From assembly GCA_963754315.1 (NCBI GenBank), contig CAVWFS010000001.1:288001-352000 (forward strand): a stretch of DNA of 64,000 nt, read 5' to 3'. The first letter of the stretch is position 1. Every line of letters starts with the position of its first letter. The position numbers and the translations under genes were made by a program. Below, piece after piece: positions 30,061 to 41,050 of this stretch. Source of the stretch: an uncultured Candidatus Rokubacteria bacterium. GTDB lineage: Bacteria; Methylomirabilota; Methylomirabilia; Rokubacteriales; CSP1-6. The notes beneath the pieces are model-generated. The model was not told where the DNA came from and made no database searches. It was given only the letters and a program-made list of their open reading frames with translations.

Positions 30061-30845
30061 GCCAGTCACCGTCGGCCGACATCCTCCTCCGTGTGGAGGA
30101 CGTGACAGTGCGCTTCGGTGCCCTCCTCGCCCTGCAGGAGGTGAGCCTGGACATTCGGACCAGGGACGTGGTGGCCATCATCGGCCCCAATGGCGCCGGC
30201 AAGACGACCCTGCTCAACGTGATCAGCGGGTTCTACCGTCCCTCGGCAGGCCGCATCTATTTCGAGGGCCGGGACCGGACGCATCTGACGCCGCCTGACG
30301 TGGCCGCGCTCGGGATCGCCAGGACATTTCAGAACGTGGCGCTCTTCAAAGGCATGAGCGTGCTCGACAACATCATGACCGGGCGCAATCTCAAGATGCG
30401 GGGCAACTTTCTTCTGGAGGCGCTCTACTGGGGGCCGGCCCGGCAGCAGGAGCTCGAGCATCGCGAGGCGGTCGAACGAATCATCGATTTCCTGGCGATC
30501 CAATCCGTCCGCAAGACACCAGCCGGTCGGTTGCCCTATGGGCTCCAGAAGCGCGTAGAGCTCGGCCGGGCCCTGGCCGCCGAGCCGCGGCTCCTGCTGC
30601 TGGACGAGCCCATGGCGGGCATGAACGTCGAGGAGAAGGAGGATATGTGCCGCTTCATCCTCGACGTGAATCTGGAATTCGGCACCACCATCGCCCTCAT
30701 CGAGCACGACATGGGCGTGGTCATGGATATCTCCGACCGGGTGGCCGTGCTCGACTACGGGCGCAAGATCGCCGAGGGCTCGCCGGCCGAGGTGCGGGCC
30801 GACCCCACCGTGCTCGACGCGTACCTTGGTGTCGCCCATGCGTGA
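30057..30845 (+). CDS. ABC ATPase, LivG-like
   Basis: GPNGAGKTT, ARTFQN, LPYGLQKRVELGRAL, LDEPMAG. Confidence 0.9.
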   Translation: MSQSPSADILLRVEDVTVRFGALLALQEVSLDIRTRDVVAIIGPNGAGKTTLLNVISGFYRPSAGRIYFEGRDRTHLTPPDVAALGIARTFQNVALFKGMSVLDNIMTGRNLKMRGNFLLEALYWGPARQQELEHREAVERIIDFLAIQSVRKTPAGRLPYGLQKRVELGRALAAEPRLLLLDEPMAGMNVEEKEDMCRFILDVNLEFGTTIALIEHDMGVVMDISDRVAVLDYGRKIAEGSPAEVRADPTVLDAYLGVAHA

Positions 30846-30848
30846 TCG

Positions 30849-31784
30849 ATGAGCGTGCTGTATAGCGTGTTCATCGCGCCCTTCGTCGACATGGCGACCA
30901 GCCCGCTCTTTCTGGTCGAGGTCGTGCTGGGCGGGATCGCGGCCGGTCTCATGTACTCCCTCGTCGCCTTGGGCTTCGTGCTGATTTTCAAGGCCTCAGG
31001 CGTCTTCAACTTCGCTCAGGGGGTCATGGTCCTGTTCGCCGCCCTCACCCTGGTGGGGCTTATGGAACGCGGGGTGCCGGTGGTGCTGGCCCTCGCCTTG
31101 ACTGGCGGCGTGATGGTGCTTCTGGCCTTCGCGATCGAGCGGCTGGTACTACGACCGCTGATCAACCAGGCTCACATCATCCTGTTCATGGCCACCATCG
31201 GCCTCAACTTCTTTCTGGAAGGCTTCGGGGAAATGGTGTGGGGAGCCAACGTCAAGAAGCTCGACATCGGCATCCCTGACCGATCGATGATGGTGGCCGG
31301 CGTCCAGGTGAACCAGCTCGAGATGTCGGCCGCCGTCACTGCGGGTGTGCTGGTGGCCATCCTGGCCGTGTTCTTCCAGCGAACGCGAGTGGGCCGCGCG
31401 CTGCGTGCGGTAGCCGACGATCACGCGGCCGCCCTCTCCATCGGCATCTCGCTCAAGACCATCTGGGTCATCGTGTGGTCGGTGGCGGGTCTGGTGGCCA
31501 TCGTGGCCGGGGTCATGTGGGGCGCCAAGAGCGGGGTGCAGTTCAGCCTGTCGCTCATCGCGTTGAAGGCACTGCCGGTCCTCATCCTCGGCGGCTTCGA
31601 GTCGGTGTCCGGCGCCATCGTGGGCGGGCTGATCATCGGTGTGGGCGAGAAGATCGGCGAAGTGTACTGGGGTCCGCTGGTGGGCGGCGCCATCGAGAAC
31701 TGGTTCGCCTATGTGCTGGCCCTGGTCTTCCTGCTCTTTCGTCCCCAGGGTCTGTTCGGCGAGAAGATCATCGAGCGCGTCTGA
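30849..31784 (+). CDS. ABC permease, LivH-like
   Basis: YSLVALGFVLIFKASGVFNFAQG, RPQGLFG. Confidence 0.9.
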   Translation: MSVLYSVFIAPFVDMATSPLFLVEVVLGGIAAGLMYSLVALGFVLIFKASGVFNFAQGVMVLFAALTLVGLMERGVPVVLALALTGGVMVLLAFAIERLVLRPLINQAHIILFMATIGLNFFLEGFGEMVWGANVKKLDIGIPDRSMMVAGVQVNQLEMSAAVTAGVLVAILAVFFQRTRVGRALRAVADDHAAALSIGISLKTIWVIVWSVAGLVAIVAGVMWGAKSGVQFSLSLIALKALPVLILGGFESVSGAIVGGLIIGVGEKIGEVYWGPLVGGAIENWFAYVLALVFLLFRPQGLFGEKIIERV

Positions 31785-32860
31785 TGATCTATCGCGAAGC
31801 GGGGCAGTTCAAGACGAGCTACGCGGCCGACGAGGCGATCTTTCCCATCATTCAGGATCGCTGGTTCGTCGGTCTGGCGGTGGCGGCGGCGGTGCTCATT
31901 CCTCCGCTCGCCGCCAGCGAGTACTGGCTGCAGGCCATCCTCATTCCCTTCCTCGTCTACGCGCTGGCGGCCATCGGGCTGAACCTGCTCACCGGCTATG
32001 CCGGCCAGCTCTCCCTGGGGACGGGTGGGTTCATGGCCGTGGGAGCGTACGCCGCGTTCAAGATCGCCACCGCGTTCCCCTGGCTGAACATCCTGGCCGT
32101 CTTCGTCCTGGCGGGGGTGATCGCGGCGGGGGTGGGGCTGCTCTTCGGAATCCCGAGCCTCCGGATCAAGGGCTTCTATCTCGCGGTGGCGACATTGGCC
32201 TCCCAGTTCTTCCTCATCTGGCTGTTCAACAAGGTGCCGTGGTTCGTCAACTACTCGTCGTCCGGAACCATTACGGCGCCCCCCCGCACGGTGCTCGGCG
32301 TGATGGTGACGGGGCCTGAAGCGACCCCCCAGGCGCGCTACGTGGTGGCCTTCGTCCTGGTGGCCCTCTTCGCTCTCGTCGCGAAGAACCTCGTGCGGGG
32401 GCGCCTGGGTCGTGCCTGGATGGCCATTCGCGATCGCGACATCGCGGCCGAGATCATCGGGATCAGGCCCTTGCCCACCAAGCTCCTTGCTTTCGGTATC
32501 AGCTCTTTTTACTGCGGGGTCGCCGGCGCGGCGCTCGTCTTCCTCTACCTGGGCAGCGCCGAGACCCTGGCCTTCGACATCAACATCTCCTTTCTCGTGC
32601 TCTTCATGATCATCATCGGCGGTCTCGGAAGCATCCTCGGCTCCTTGCTGGGGGCGGCCTTTATCGTGCTCGTTCCCATCTTCCTGACCAATGCGCCGCA
32701 TCTCGTCGGGCTCTCGCTCCCGGTGGCGCTTCTCAAGCAGATCGAGCTGATGATCTTCGGGACCCTCATCGTCTTCTTCCTGATCGTGGAACCACACGGG
32801 CTCGCGCGGCTCTGGCAGATCACCAAGGAGAAGCTGCGCCTGTGGCCCTTTCCCTATTGA
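31784..32860 (+). CDS. ABC permease, LivM-like
   Basis: GLNLLTGYAGQLSLG, AIRDRDIAAE, EPHGLARLW. Confidence 0.9.
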   Translation: MIYREAGQFKTSYAADEAIFPIIQDRWFVGLAVAAAVLIPPLAASEYWLQAILIPFLVYALAAIGLNLLTGYAGQLSLGTGGFMAVGAYAAFKIATAFPWLNILAVFVLAGVIAAGVGLLFGIPSLRIKGFYLAVATLASQFFLIWLFNKVPWFVNYSSSGTITAPPRTVLGVMVTGPEATPQARYVVAFVLVALFALVAKNLVRGRLGRAWMAIRDRDIAAEIIGIRPLPTKLLAFGISSFYCGVAGAALVFLYLGSAETLAFDINISFLVLFMIIIGGLGSILGSLLGAAFIVLVPIFLTNAPHLVGLSLPVALLKQIELMIFGTLIVFFLIVEPHGLARLWQITKEKLRLWPFPY

Positions 32861-32898
32861 CCGCGAGAGATCTTCTGACTACCCGAGAGGAGGCAACG

Positions 32899-34218
32899 AT
32901 GCACCGCACCAAGCTCTTGAGCGTTACGCTCGGCGCCGTCCTGGCCGCCGGGTTGCTGGTTGGGTCAGCGCCCGCCCAGGACAAGTCCATCTTCATTCCC
33001 CTTTTGGTCTATCGCACGGGGCCCTACGCCCCGAGCGGAATCCCGATCGCCAATGGTTTTGCGGACTACTTCACCCTGCTCAATGAGCGCGACGGGGGGA
33101 TCAACGGCGTCAAGGTCGCGTGGGAGGAGTGCGAGACCCAGTACGACACCAAGCAAGGGGTCGAGTGCTACGAGCGATTGAAGGGCAAGGGGGCGGCCGT
33201 GGTGAATCCGTACTCCACCGGTATCACCTATCAGCTCATCCCCAAGGCGCCCGTGGACAAGGTGCCGGTTTTCTCGATGGGGTACGGCATGAGCGCATCC
33301 TCCGACGGACGCTGGTTTCCGTGGGTCTTCAACTTTCCCACGAATTACTGGAGCCAGGCCTCGGCCGTCATTCGGTACATTGGCCAGCAGGAAGGCGGGC
33401 TCGACAAGCTCAAGGGGAAGAAGATCGTCCACATCTTCCACAACAGCCCCTACGGGAAGGAAGCCAACCCAACCCTGGAAGTCCTCGCGCGCCAGTATGG
33501 CTTCGAGCTCACCCTGCTGGCCGTCGACCACCCTGGACAGGAGCAGAAGGCGACCTGGCTGCAGGTCCGGCGGCTCAATCCCGACTGGATCTTCATGTCG
33601 GGCTGGGGTGTCATGAACCAAGTCGCCGTCAAGGAGGCGACCGCCATCAACTACAAGATGGACCACTTCATCGGGAACTGGTGGTCTGCCAACGATTCCG
33701 ACGTCATCCCGGCCGGTGACGGCGCCAAGGGATACAAGGGGGCCACCTTCCACGCTCCCGGCACCGCCTTCAAGGTGCACGATGACATCGTGAAATTCGT
33801 CTACGACAAGGGGAAGGGGGCTGCCAAGAAGGAGGCCATGGGTGAGGCCCTCTACAATCGCGGCATTGTCAACGCGATGTTCACCGCCGAAGCTATCCGC
33901 ACCGCTATGGCCAAGCACGGTAACAAGCCGCTCACCGGCGAGCAGGTTCGCTGGGGATTCGAGAACCTGAACCTCAGCGAGAAGCGCCTGGAGGAGCTCG
34001 GCATGAAGGGCTTCACTCATGCCGTGAAGGTGACCTGCGAGGATCACGAAGGCAACGGCCCCATCCTGATCCAGCAATGGGACGGTAAAAAGTGGCAGGT
34101 CGTCTCGGAGTGGGTGGCCCCCATGCGCGACGTCGTGCGTCCCAAGATCGAGGCGGCCGCCGTGGAGGAAGGTAAGAAGCTCGGCTACACCATGCGCGAC
34201 TGCGCCAAGGAGAAGTAG
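32899..34218 (+). CDS. ABC substrate-binding protein, Liv-like family
   Basis: GGAGG SD; signal peptide; YRTGPYA, RDGGINGV, CEDHEG. Confidence 0.9.
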   Translation: MHRTKLLSVTLGAVLAAGLLVGSAPAQDKSIFIPLLVYRTGPYAPSGIPIANGFADYFTLLNERDGGINGVKVAWEECETQYDTKQGVECYERLKGKGAAVVNPYSTGITYQLIPKAPVDKVPVFSMGYGMSASSDGRWFPWVFNFPTNYWSQASAVIRYIGQQEGGLDKLKGKKIVHIFHNSPYGKEANPTLEVLARQYGFELTLLAVDHPGQEQKATWLQVRRLNPDWIFMSGWGVMNQVAVKEATAINYKMDHFIGNWWSANDSDVIPAGDGAKGYKGATFHAPGTAFKVHDDIVKFVYDKGKGAAKKEAMGEALYNRGIVNAMFTAEAIRTAMAKHGNKPLTGEQVRWGFENLNLSEKRLEELGMKGFTHAVKVTCEDHEGNGPILIQQWDGKKWQVVSEWVAPMRDVVRPKIEAAAVEEGKKLGYTMRDCAKEK

Positions 34219-34224
34219 GGGTTC

Positions 34225-35041
34225 GTGGCCGCTGGCCCTCGACCGCTTCTGTCGGTCAACAACGTCGAGGTGATCTATGATCACGTGATCCTCGTCTTGA
34301 AAGGGGTGTCGCTGCGGGTTCCCGAGCGGGGTATGGTGGCCCTCTTGGGGGCCAACGGCGCCGGCAAGAGCACCACCCTCAAAGCCATCTCCGGTCTCGT
34401 GCGCACCGAGCGGGGGGAGGTGACGAAGGGCACCATCGAGTTTCAGGGCCGAGCCGATCGCGCGTCTGGATCCCGCCGATGTCGTGAGGCGCGGCATCGT
34501 GCAGGTCATGGAGGGACGGCGCGTGTTCGAGCATCTCACGGTGGAGGAGAATCTCCTCGCTGGCGCCTACACGCGGCGTAACGGGCATTCCGCCAAGGAC
34601 GATCTGCAGCGGGTCTATCACTACTTTCCGCGGCTGACCGAGCGGCGCGAGGTCAAGGCGGGTTACGTATCGGGGGGCGAGCAGCAGATGGTGGCCATCG
34701 GCCGAGCCCTCATGGCTCGCCCCACCCTCATGCTCCTCGACGAGCCCTCCATGGGGTTGGCGCCAATGTTGGTCACCGAGATCTTCGAGATCGTGAGTCG
34801 CCTGAATCGCGAGGAAGGGGTGGCGGTGTTGCTGGCGGAGCAGAACGCCACCATCGCTCTTCGCTTCGCCCAGCAGGGGTACGTGATGGAGAATGGCCGC
34901 ATCGTGCTCGACGGCGACGCCGCCAGCATCAGCGAGAACGAGGATATCAAGGAGTTCTACCTGGGATTGACGGGGGTGGGCCAGCGCAAGAGCTACCGGG
35001 ACGTCAAGCACTATCGACGGCGCAAGCGGTGGCTGTCGTGA
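34225..35041 (+). CDS. ABC ATPase, LivF-like (apparent +1 frameshift near 34450)
   Basis: GANGAGKST in first frame; SGGEQQM, LDEPSMGLAP, KHYRRRKRWLS in second frame. Confidence 0.88.
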
Positions 35042-35839
35042 GTCGCGTCGACCGACCGCGTCCAGCTGCGGATCCAGGACGTCTCCAAGGCGTTCGGGGG
35101 CGTGCAGGCGGTGAGCCACGTCAGTCTCGACGTTCGCCGGGGAGAGCTGGTGTCGGTGATCGGCCCCAACGGGGCGGGCAAGACGACCCTGCTCAACATG
35201 GTGAGTGGGTTCTACCATCCCGATACTGGTCGTATCGCGCTGGACGGCAGCGACGTCACCCACACCGCCCCCAGCCGCATTGCGAGCCTGGGCGTGGCAC
35301 GCACCTTCCAGAACATTGCCCTCTTCCGCGGGATGACCGTCCTCGACAATCTCATGCTGGGCCGCCACGTGCACATGAAGTCGGGAGTCTTCGCCTCCTT
35401 CGTCTACTGGGGCCTGGCCCAGAAGGAAGAGGTGTCCCACCGCCGCCGGGTGGAGGACATCATCGATTTTCTGAAGATTCAGGATCTCCGTCGCCGCCCC
35501 ACGGGCTCTCTCGCCTACGGATTGCAGAAGCGCGTGGAACTGGGACGAGCGCTCGCCCTCGATCCCAAGATTCTGCTGCTCGACGAACCGATGGGGGGCA
35601 TGAACCAGGAAGAGAAGGAAGACATGGCCCGCTTCGTTCTCGACGTCAACGAGGAATGGGGCACGACCGTCATCCTGATCGAGCACGACATGGGTGTCGT
35701 GATGGACATTTCCCAGCGCGTGACCGTCCTCGACATGGGACAGAAAATCGCCGAAGGAACGCCGGACGAGGTCCGGGCGAACCCGGCCGTGATCAAGGCC
35801 TATCTCGGTGATACCAAGGATGGAGGTCGTCGTGGCTGA
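35038..35839 (+). CDS. ABC ATPase, LivG-like, copy 2 (apparent +1 frameshift near 35044)
   Basis: GTGA overlap start; LRIQDVSKAFGGVQAV, GPNGAGKTT, YGLQKRVELGRAL. Confidence 0.88.
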
Positions 35840-37748
35840 GTCGATGACGCTTCCCCGCTTGCTCCAGCGCAACGCCCGCGAGATGCCCGACCGTCCGGCC
35901 ATCCGCGAGAAGGACCGTGGTATCTGGCAGACCTGGACGTGGCACCAGTATCACGACCAGGTGCGCGACTTTGCCCTCGGCCTGGCTGCCCTGGGGTTCA
36001 GCCGTGGCGAGCGGCTCTCGGTGATTGGCGACAATCGGCCGCGGCTCTACTGGGCCCAGGTCGCGGCCCAGTGTCTGGGCGGCGTGCCGGTGCCGGTCTA
36101 CCAGGACTCGATCACCCGCGAGCTCGCCTACGTGTGGAATCACGCCGAGGTGGCGGTGATCGTGGCCGAGGACCAGGAGCAGGTGGACAAGGTGCTGGCC
36201 CTTCGTGATCAGCTCTCGACCTTGCGCCTGGTCATCTACGACGATGCGCGCGGGATGGCGCACTACCGCCACGAGTGGATGAAATCCTTCAGCGAGGTCC
36301 AGGAGCTCGGTCGTGAGTTCGGTCGGGCCCACCCCGAGTTCTTCGAGGCGGAGATCGCACGGGGGAGCGCCGACGACGTCAGCATCATCTGCTATACCTC
36401 GGGGACGACCGGGAATCCCAAGGGGGTCATGCTCACCCACGGCAACGCCACCGCCATCGCGGACGCCTTCCGTCGGGCGGAGGACGTGCGCCCGGAGGAC
36501 GCGTCCCTGGCGTACCTGCCGATGGCCTGGGCGGGCGACACCGTGTACACGCTCTTTCTCAGCCTCGCCGTGGGCTTCGCCGCCAACTGTCCGGAGAGCC
36601 CCGAGACTGTCCAGCGCGACCTGCGCGAGCTGGGGCCGACGACGGTCCTGGCGCCTCCGCGAATCTGGGAGAGCATGCTGACGTCGATCCAGGTGAAGAG
36701 CGCCGACGCCCCCGCCCTCAAGCGCTGGGTCTTCGAGCGGTTCCGCGCGGCCGCCGAGCGCGCGGAGATCTTGCGGTCCGAGGACAAGCAGGTGCCGGTT
36801 GGGCTGCGGCTCGCCTGCGCCCTCGGCGAGTTCTTCGTGTACGGTCCGGTGCGAGACCAGCTCGGGCTGCGCCGGGCCAAGTGGGCGCTCACGGGCGGGG
36901 CGCCGCTCGGTCCCGATACCTTTCGGTTCTTTCGGGCCTTCGGCGTCAATCTGAAGCAAGTCTACGGCTCCACCGAAACAACGGGGCTCGTGTCGCTCCA
37001 GCCCAACGTGGAGGCCAACCCCACCACAGCCGGCCGGCCGTGTCCCGGCATCGAGGTGAAGATCGCCGACCGGGGAGAGGTGCTGGTGCGGGGGCCCGTG
37101 ATCTTCAAGGGCTACTTCAAGAACGATGAGGCCACCGCCGAGGTCATCGATCGGGAGGGGTGGTTTCATACGGGGGACGCTGGCTTCATCGACCCCCGTG
37201 GCCACCTGGTCATCATCGACCGCGCCAAGGATGTCGGAACTCTCGCGGACGGGACTCCCTTTGCCCCCCAGTTCATCGAGAATAAGCTGAAGTTCAGCCC
37301 GTACATCCGGGAGGCGGTGGCTTTCGGCCACGACAAATCCTTCGTGGCAGCCATGGTGGCCGTCGACCTGAACACGGTGGGGAACTGGGCCGAACGGCGG
37401 GGCGTTTCTTACACCAGCTACGCCGATCTGAGCCAGAACGCGGAGGTGCGGGCGCTGATCCGAGACGAGATCGGCAAGGGCAACGAGACGCTCCCCAAGG
37501 CCACGCAGGTGAGGCGCTTTTTGCTCCTGACCAAGGACCTCGACGCCGACGACGCCGAGATGACCCGCACGCGCAAGGTCCGGCGGCGTTTCGTGGCCGA
37601 GAAATACGCCGACGTCGTCGCGGCCTTCTACACGGGCGCGACCGAGGTCGACCTGGCCTCCACCGTCACCTATGAGGATGGCCGTCAGGCCGTCGTCCAG
37701 GCACGCGTACGCATCGAGGACGTCCCGGGAGAGCCAGCCCATGTCTGA
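35832..37748 (+). CDS. Long-chain acyl-CoA synthetase (AMP-binding), copy 2
   Basis: REKDRGIWQ, YTSGTTGNPKG, YGSTE, TGDAG, MTRTRKVRR; GGAGG SD before GTG. Confidence 0.92.
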   Translation: MAESMTLPRLLQRNAREMPDRPAIREKDRGIWQTWTWHQYHDQVRDFALGLAALGFSRGERLSVIGDNRPRLYWAQVAAQCLGGVPVPVYQDSITRELAYVWNHAEVAVIVAEDQEQVDKVLALRDQLSTLRLVIYDDARGMAHYRHEWMKSFSEVQELGREFGRAHPEFFEAEIARGSADDVSIICYTSGTTGNPKGVMLTHGNATAIADAFRRAEDVRPEDASLAYLPMAWAGDTVYTLFLSLAVGFAANCPESPETVQRDLRELGPTTVLAPPRIWESMLTSIQVKSADAPALKRWVFERFRAAAERAEILRSEDKQVPVGLRLACALGEFFVYGPVRDQLGLRRAKWALTGGAPLGPDTFRFFRAFGVNLKQVYGSTETTGLVSLQPNVEANPTTAGRPCPGIEVKIADRGEVLVRGPVIFKGYFKNDEATAEVIDREGWFHTGDAGFIDPRGHLVIIDRAKDVGTLADGTPFAPQFIENKLKFSPYIREAVAFGHDKSFVAAMVAVDLNTVGNWAERRGVSYTSYADLSQNAEVRALIRDEIGKGNETLPKATQVRRFLLLTKDLDADDAEMTRTRKVRRRFVAEKYADVVAAFYTGATEVDLASTVTYEDGRQAVVQARVRIEDVPGEPAHV

Positions 37749-38637
37749 CGAGCTCAACTTTCTGCTCCTCCTGCTCTCCAACGGGGTCCTCATCGGGCTG
37801 ATGTACTCGCTGATCGCCCTGGGCTTCGTCCTCGTCTACAAGGCCACCGATGCCGTGAACTTCGCCCAGGGCGAATTCGTGATGTTCGCCGGCTTGGTAG
37901 TGGTCGGGGTGCTGGGGGTGGCCGGTGCCCCGTTGTGGCTGGCTGTTACCCTCAGCCTGGTGGGCATGATCGTCATGGGCTTTGCCCTCGAGCGCGTCAT
38001 GCTCCGCAAGCTCATCGGCCGCCCCGTCATCGCAGTGGTCATGGCGACCATCGGGCTCGCCTCCGTTCTGCGCGGCCTCGGACCGTACTCGGTGGGGGCG
38101 GGGACCAAGCCGCTGCCGCTGCCGATCAGCGACGAGCCGTTCGTGTGGGGTCCGTTCTTCATTCCCCCCATTCAGCTCGTGGGCGGTATCGTCAGCCTGA
38201 CTTTTCTCGCCGGCTTCGCGTGGTTCTTCCTCAAATCGCGCAAGGGAGTGGCCATGCGCGCGGTCGCCGACAACCAGCAGGTGGCCATGGCCATGGGTAT
38301 CGACGTCGAGCGCTACTTCGGGCTGGCATGGGCAATGACCGGGATGGTATCGGCGCTGGGTGGAGTCCTGTGGGGGAACATGCTGGGGGTGGATGTGAAC
38401 CTGTCCCTGGTCGGGTTCAAGGTATTCCCGGTCGTCATCCTCGGCGGCCTCGACTCGATTCCGGGGGCCATCGTGGGGGGACTCATCGTGGGGATCGTGG
38501 AGAGCATCGCCGCCGGCTACATCGACCCGTACGTGGGCGGTGGCACGAAGGACTTCGCCCCCTACGTACTGATGATCCTGGCCCTGATGATCCGCCCCTA
38601 CGGGATCTTCGGGAAGCCCGTGATCGAGCGAGTGTAA
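37741..38637 (+). CDS. ABC permease, LivH-like, copy 2
   Basis: YSLIALGFVLVYKATDAVNFAQG, RPYGIFG. Confidence 0.9.
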   Translation: MSDELNFLLLLLSNGVLIGLMYSLIALGFVLVYKATDAVNFAQGEFVMFAGLVVVGVLGVAGAPLWLAVTLSLVGMIVMGFALERVMLRKLIGRPVIAVVMATIGLASVLRGLGPYSVGAGTKPLPLPISDEPFVWGPFFIPPIQLVGGIVSLTFLAGFAWFFLKSRKGVAMRAVADNQQVAMAMGIDVERYFGLAWAMTGMVSALGGVLWGNMLGVDVNLSLVGFKVFPVVILGGLDSIPGAIVGGLIVGIVESIAAGYIDPYVGGGTKDFAPYVLMILALMIRPYGIFGKPVIERV

Positions 38638-38639
38638 GC

Positions 38640-39707
38640 ATGATCCATCGTGAGTGCGGCGTGCTCAAGACGACCTACGAAGCGGACATGGCGTTCTATC
38701 CGCTGCCCATCGCTCGCTGGACGGTGGCGGCAATCGCCATCGTCTTCTTCGTCGTCCTGCCGCTGAGTCTTCATGAGTACTACCTCTCGGTGGCGAACCT
38801 GGTGTGGGTCGCCGTCATCGGCGCCCTCGGCCTCAACATCCTGGTCGGTTACACGGGCCAGGTATCCATCGGGCACGGGGCCTTCATGTCGGTCGGCGCC
38901 TACACGGCCGCCAATCTCGCCACCCGCCTCGACTCGCCGTGGCCCGTGAACCTGCTGGCCGGCGGGCTCATGGCCGCCTTGGTGGGCGCGGTGGTCGGTA
39001 TCCCCTCGCTGCGCATCAAGGGACTCTACCTGGCCATCGCCACCCTGGCCGGCCAGCTCATCATCGAGTGGACGATCAACCACGTCACCTTCATCAGCGG
39101 CGGCGTGCAGGCGTCTATTGAAGTTCCGCGACCGCGCCTGGGGACGATGGTCCTCGACAGCCAGCGCGATATGTACTACTTCCTGCTCGTCTTCGTGGTG
39201 CTGGCCATCGTGGGGACGATGAACCTGGTGCGCAGCCGGGTCGGGCGAGCCTTCATCGCCATCCGCGATCAGGACATCGCGGCCGAGATCATCGGCATCA
39301 ACATCTTCCGCTACAAGCTGCTGGCCTTCGCCATCTCGTCGTTCTACGCCGGAGTGACCGGGGTGCTGTACACGTACTTCCTGGGGATCGCCAACTACGA
39401 ACAGTTTCAGATCGGCGTGTCCGTCGATTACCTGGCCATGATCATCATCGGCGGGCTCGGCTCCGTCCTGGGCTCCATCTTCGGGGCCATCTTCGTCACC
39501 CTGCTCCCCATCGTCATCCGCTACAGCATGGAGGCCTTCGGAGGAATCTTCTTTTCGCAGCAGACGGTGCTCAACCTCATCCCCAACCTCCGCCTCATGC
39601 TGTTCGGCGCCCTCATCATCGCTTTTCTCATCGTGGAGCCTGAGGGCTTGAACCGCCTGTGGCGGAACATCCGCAGCTACTTCAGAGTCTGGCCGTTCGC
39701 GTACTGA
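38640..39707 (+). CDS. ABC permease, LivM-like, copy 2
   Basis: GLNILVGYTGQVSIGH, AIRDQDIAAE, EPEGLNRLW. Confidence 0.9.
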   Translation: MIHRECGVLKTTYEADMAFYPLPIARWTVAAIAIVFFVVLPLSLHEYYLSVANLVWVAVIGALGLNILVGYTGQVSIGHGAFMSVGAYTAANLATRLDSPWPVNLLAGGLMAALVGAVVGIPSLRIKGLYLAIATLAGQLIIEWTINHVTFISGGVQASIEVPRPRLGTMVLDSQRDMYYFLLVFVVLAIVGTMNLVRSRVGRAFIAIRDQDIAAEIIGINIFRYKLLAFAISSFYAGVTGVLYTYFLGIANYEQFQIGVSVDYLAMIIIGGLGSVLGSIFGAIFVTLLPIVIRYSMEAFGGIFFSQQTVLNLIPNLRLMLFGALIIAFLIVEPEGLNRLWRNIRSYFRVWPFAY

Positions 39708-39733
39708 GCGACGCGAGAGAGAGGAGAGCGTTC

Positions 39734-40987
39734 ATGAGACAGGTTCTATCTATCTTAACGATTCTGGCACTGGCGACATCGGGGCTGCTGACTCCCCTTC
39801 CGGCCGGCGCCCAGTCGAAGGGCGAGGTCGTCATCGGCGTCCAGTGCGATCGAACGGGGCCGACCTCGATCGTGGGCACCGTCTACTGTCCGGCCTTCCA
39901 CGACTACGTGGCCCTGGTGAACTCGAAGGGGGGCGTCGAGGGGTACAGGATCAAGGCGCTCGAGATCGACCACGAGTACAAGGTGCCGCCCGCGGTCGAA
40001 TCGTACGAGCGTCACAAGAAGGACGGCGCGGTGACCATGGCCGTCTACGGGACACCGCAGATCTATGCCCTGACCGCCAAGCTCACGGAAGACCGTATCC
40101 CTGGTACCTCGCCCGGTTTCGGCAGTGCTGCTGCCGCCGACGGCACCCGCTATCCTTACATCTTCCCCATCGCGGCTACCTACTGGTCGCAGGGAGCGGC
40201 CGCCGTCGACTTCGTCAAGAAGCAGCTCGGGGGGAGCCTCAAGGGCAAGAAGATCGCCTACATCTTCTACGACAACCCGGCCGGCCGGGAGCCCATCGAG
40301 GTGATCGAGAGCCTGGCCGCTCTCGAGGGGTTCCAGCTCAAGACGTTCGCTGTGCCCCCACCCGGCGTCGAGATGGGCGCCCAGGTGCTCGACATCGCCC
40401 AGCGCTTCCGCGCGGACTTCGTGATCGCCCACCTGTTCGGCGGCGCGCCCTCGGTCTCGATCAAGGAGTTCAAGCGGGTGGGGTACCCGCTGCGCAAAGT
40501 CGTGTCGTTCGTGTGGGGGGCGGCCGAGGCCAACATCGAGGGTGCCGGCGGCTTTCCCGTGGCGGAGGGGTACTACGCTATGCAGTTCGCCGGCGTGGGA
40601 AGCGACTATCCGGTGCTGAACGAGATCCGTGACATGTACAAGAAGCAGGGCAAGGAGCCACTCAAGGAGATGGCCTCGACTGTGTTCTACAACCGCGGTG
40701 TGCTGGTGGCCGCCCTGCATGTCGAGGCCATCCGCAACGCCATCAAGGCCAAGGGGGGAGGCAAGATCACCGGTGCCGACGCCAAGGCGGGCTTCGAGCA
40801 AATCTCGAACTTCACCTTGGGCGGACTCGTACCGCCCCTCAAGGTCACCGCGACCGACCACGAGGGCGGCGGTCTCGTCCAGATCTGGCAGGTGAAGGAC
40901 GGCAAGTTCGTGAAGGTAACCGATTGGTTCGCCGCCTACCAAGACGTGGTCGCCAAGCACATCAAAGAGGCCGCCGCCAAGAAGTAG
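39734..40987 (+). CDS. ABC substrate-binding protein, Liv-like family, copy 2
   Basis: Signal peptide; DRTGPT, NSKGGVEG, TYWSQ, DHEGGG. Confidence 0.9.
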   Translation: MRQVLSILTILALATSGLLTPLPAGAQSKGEVVIGVQCDRTGPTSIVGTVYCPAFHDYVALVNSKGGVEGYRIKALEIDHEYKVPPAVESYERHKKDGAVTMAVYGTPQIYALTAKLTEDRIPGTSPGFGSAAAADGTRYPYIFPIAATYWSQGAAAVDFVKKQLGGSLKGKKIAYIFYDNPAGREPIEVIESLAALEGFQLKTFAVPPPGVEMGAQVLDIAQRFRADFVIAHLFGGAPSVSIKEFKRVGYPLRKVVSFVWGAAEANIEGAGGFPVAEGYYAMQFAGVGSDYPVLNEIRDMYKKQGKEPLKEMASTVFYNRGVLVAALHVEAIRNAIKAKGGGKITGADAKAGFEQISNFTLGGLVPPLKVTATDHEGGGLVQIWQVKDGKFVKVTDWFAAYQDVVAKHIKEAAAKK

Positions 40988-41050
40988 CCGGATCCAGAGT
41001 GTCGGATGAACGCTAGTTGGCTCCTCGGATGAGTGAGGAGACGGGGAGGT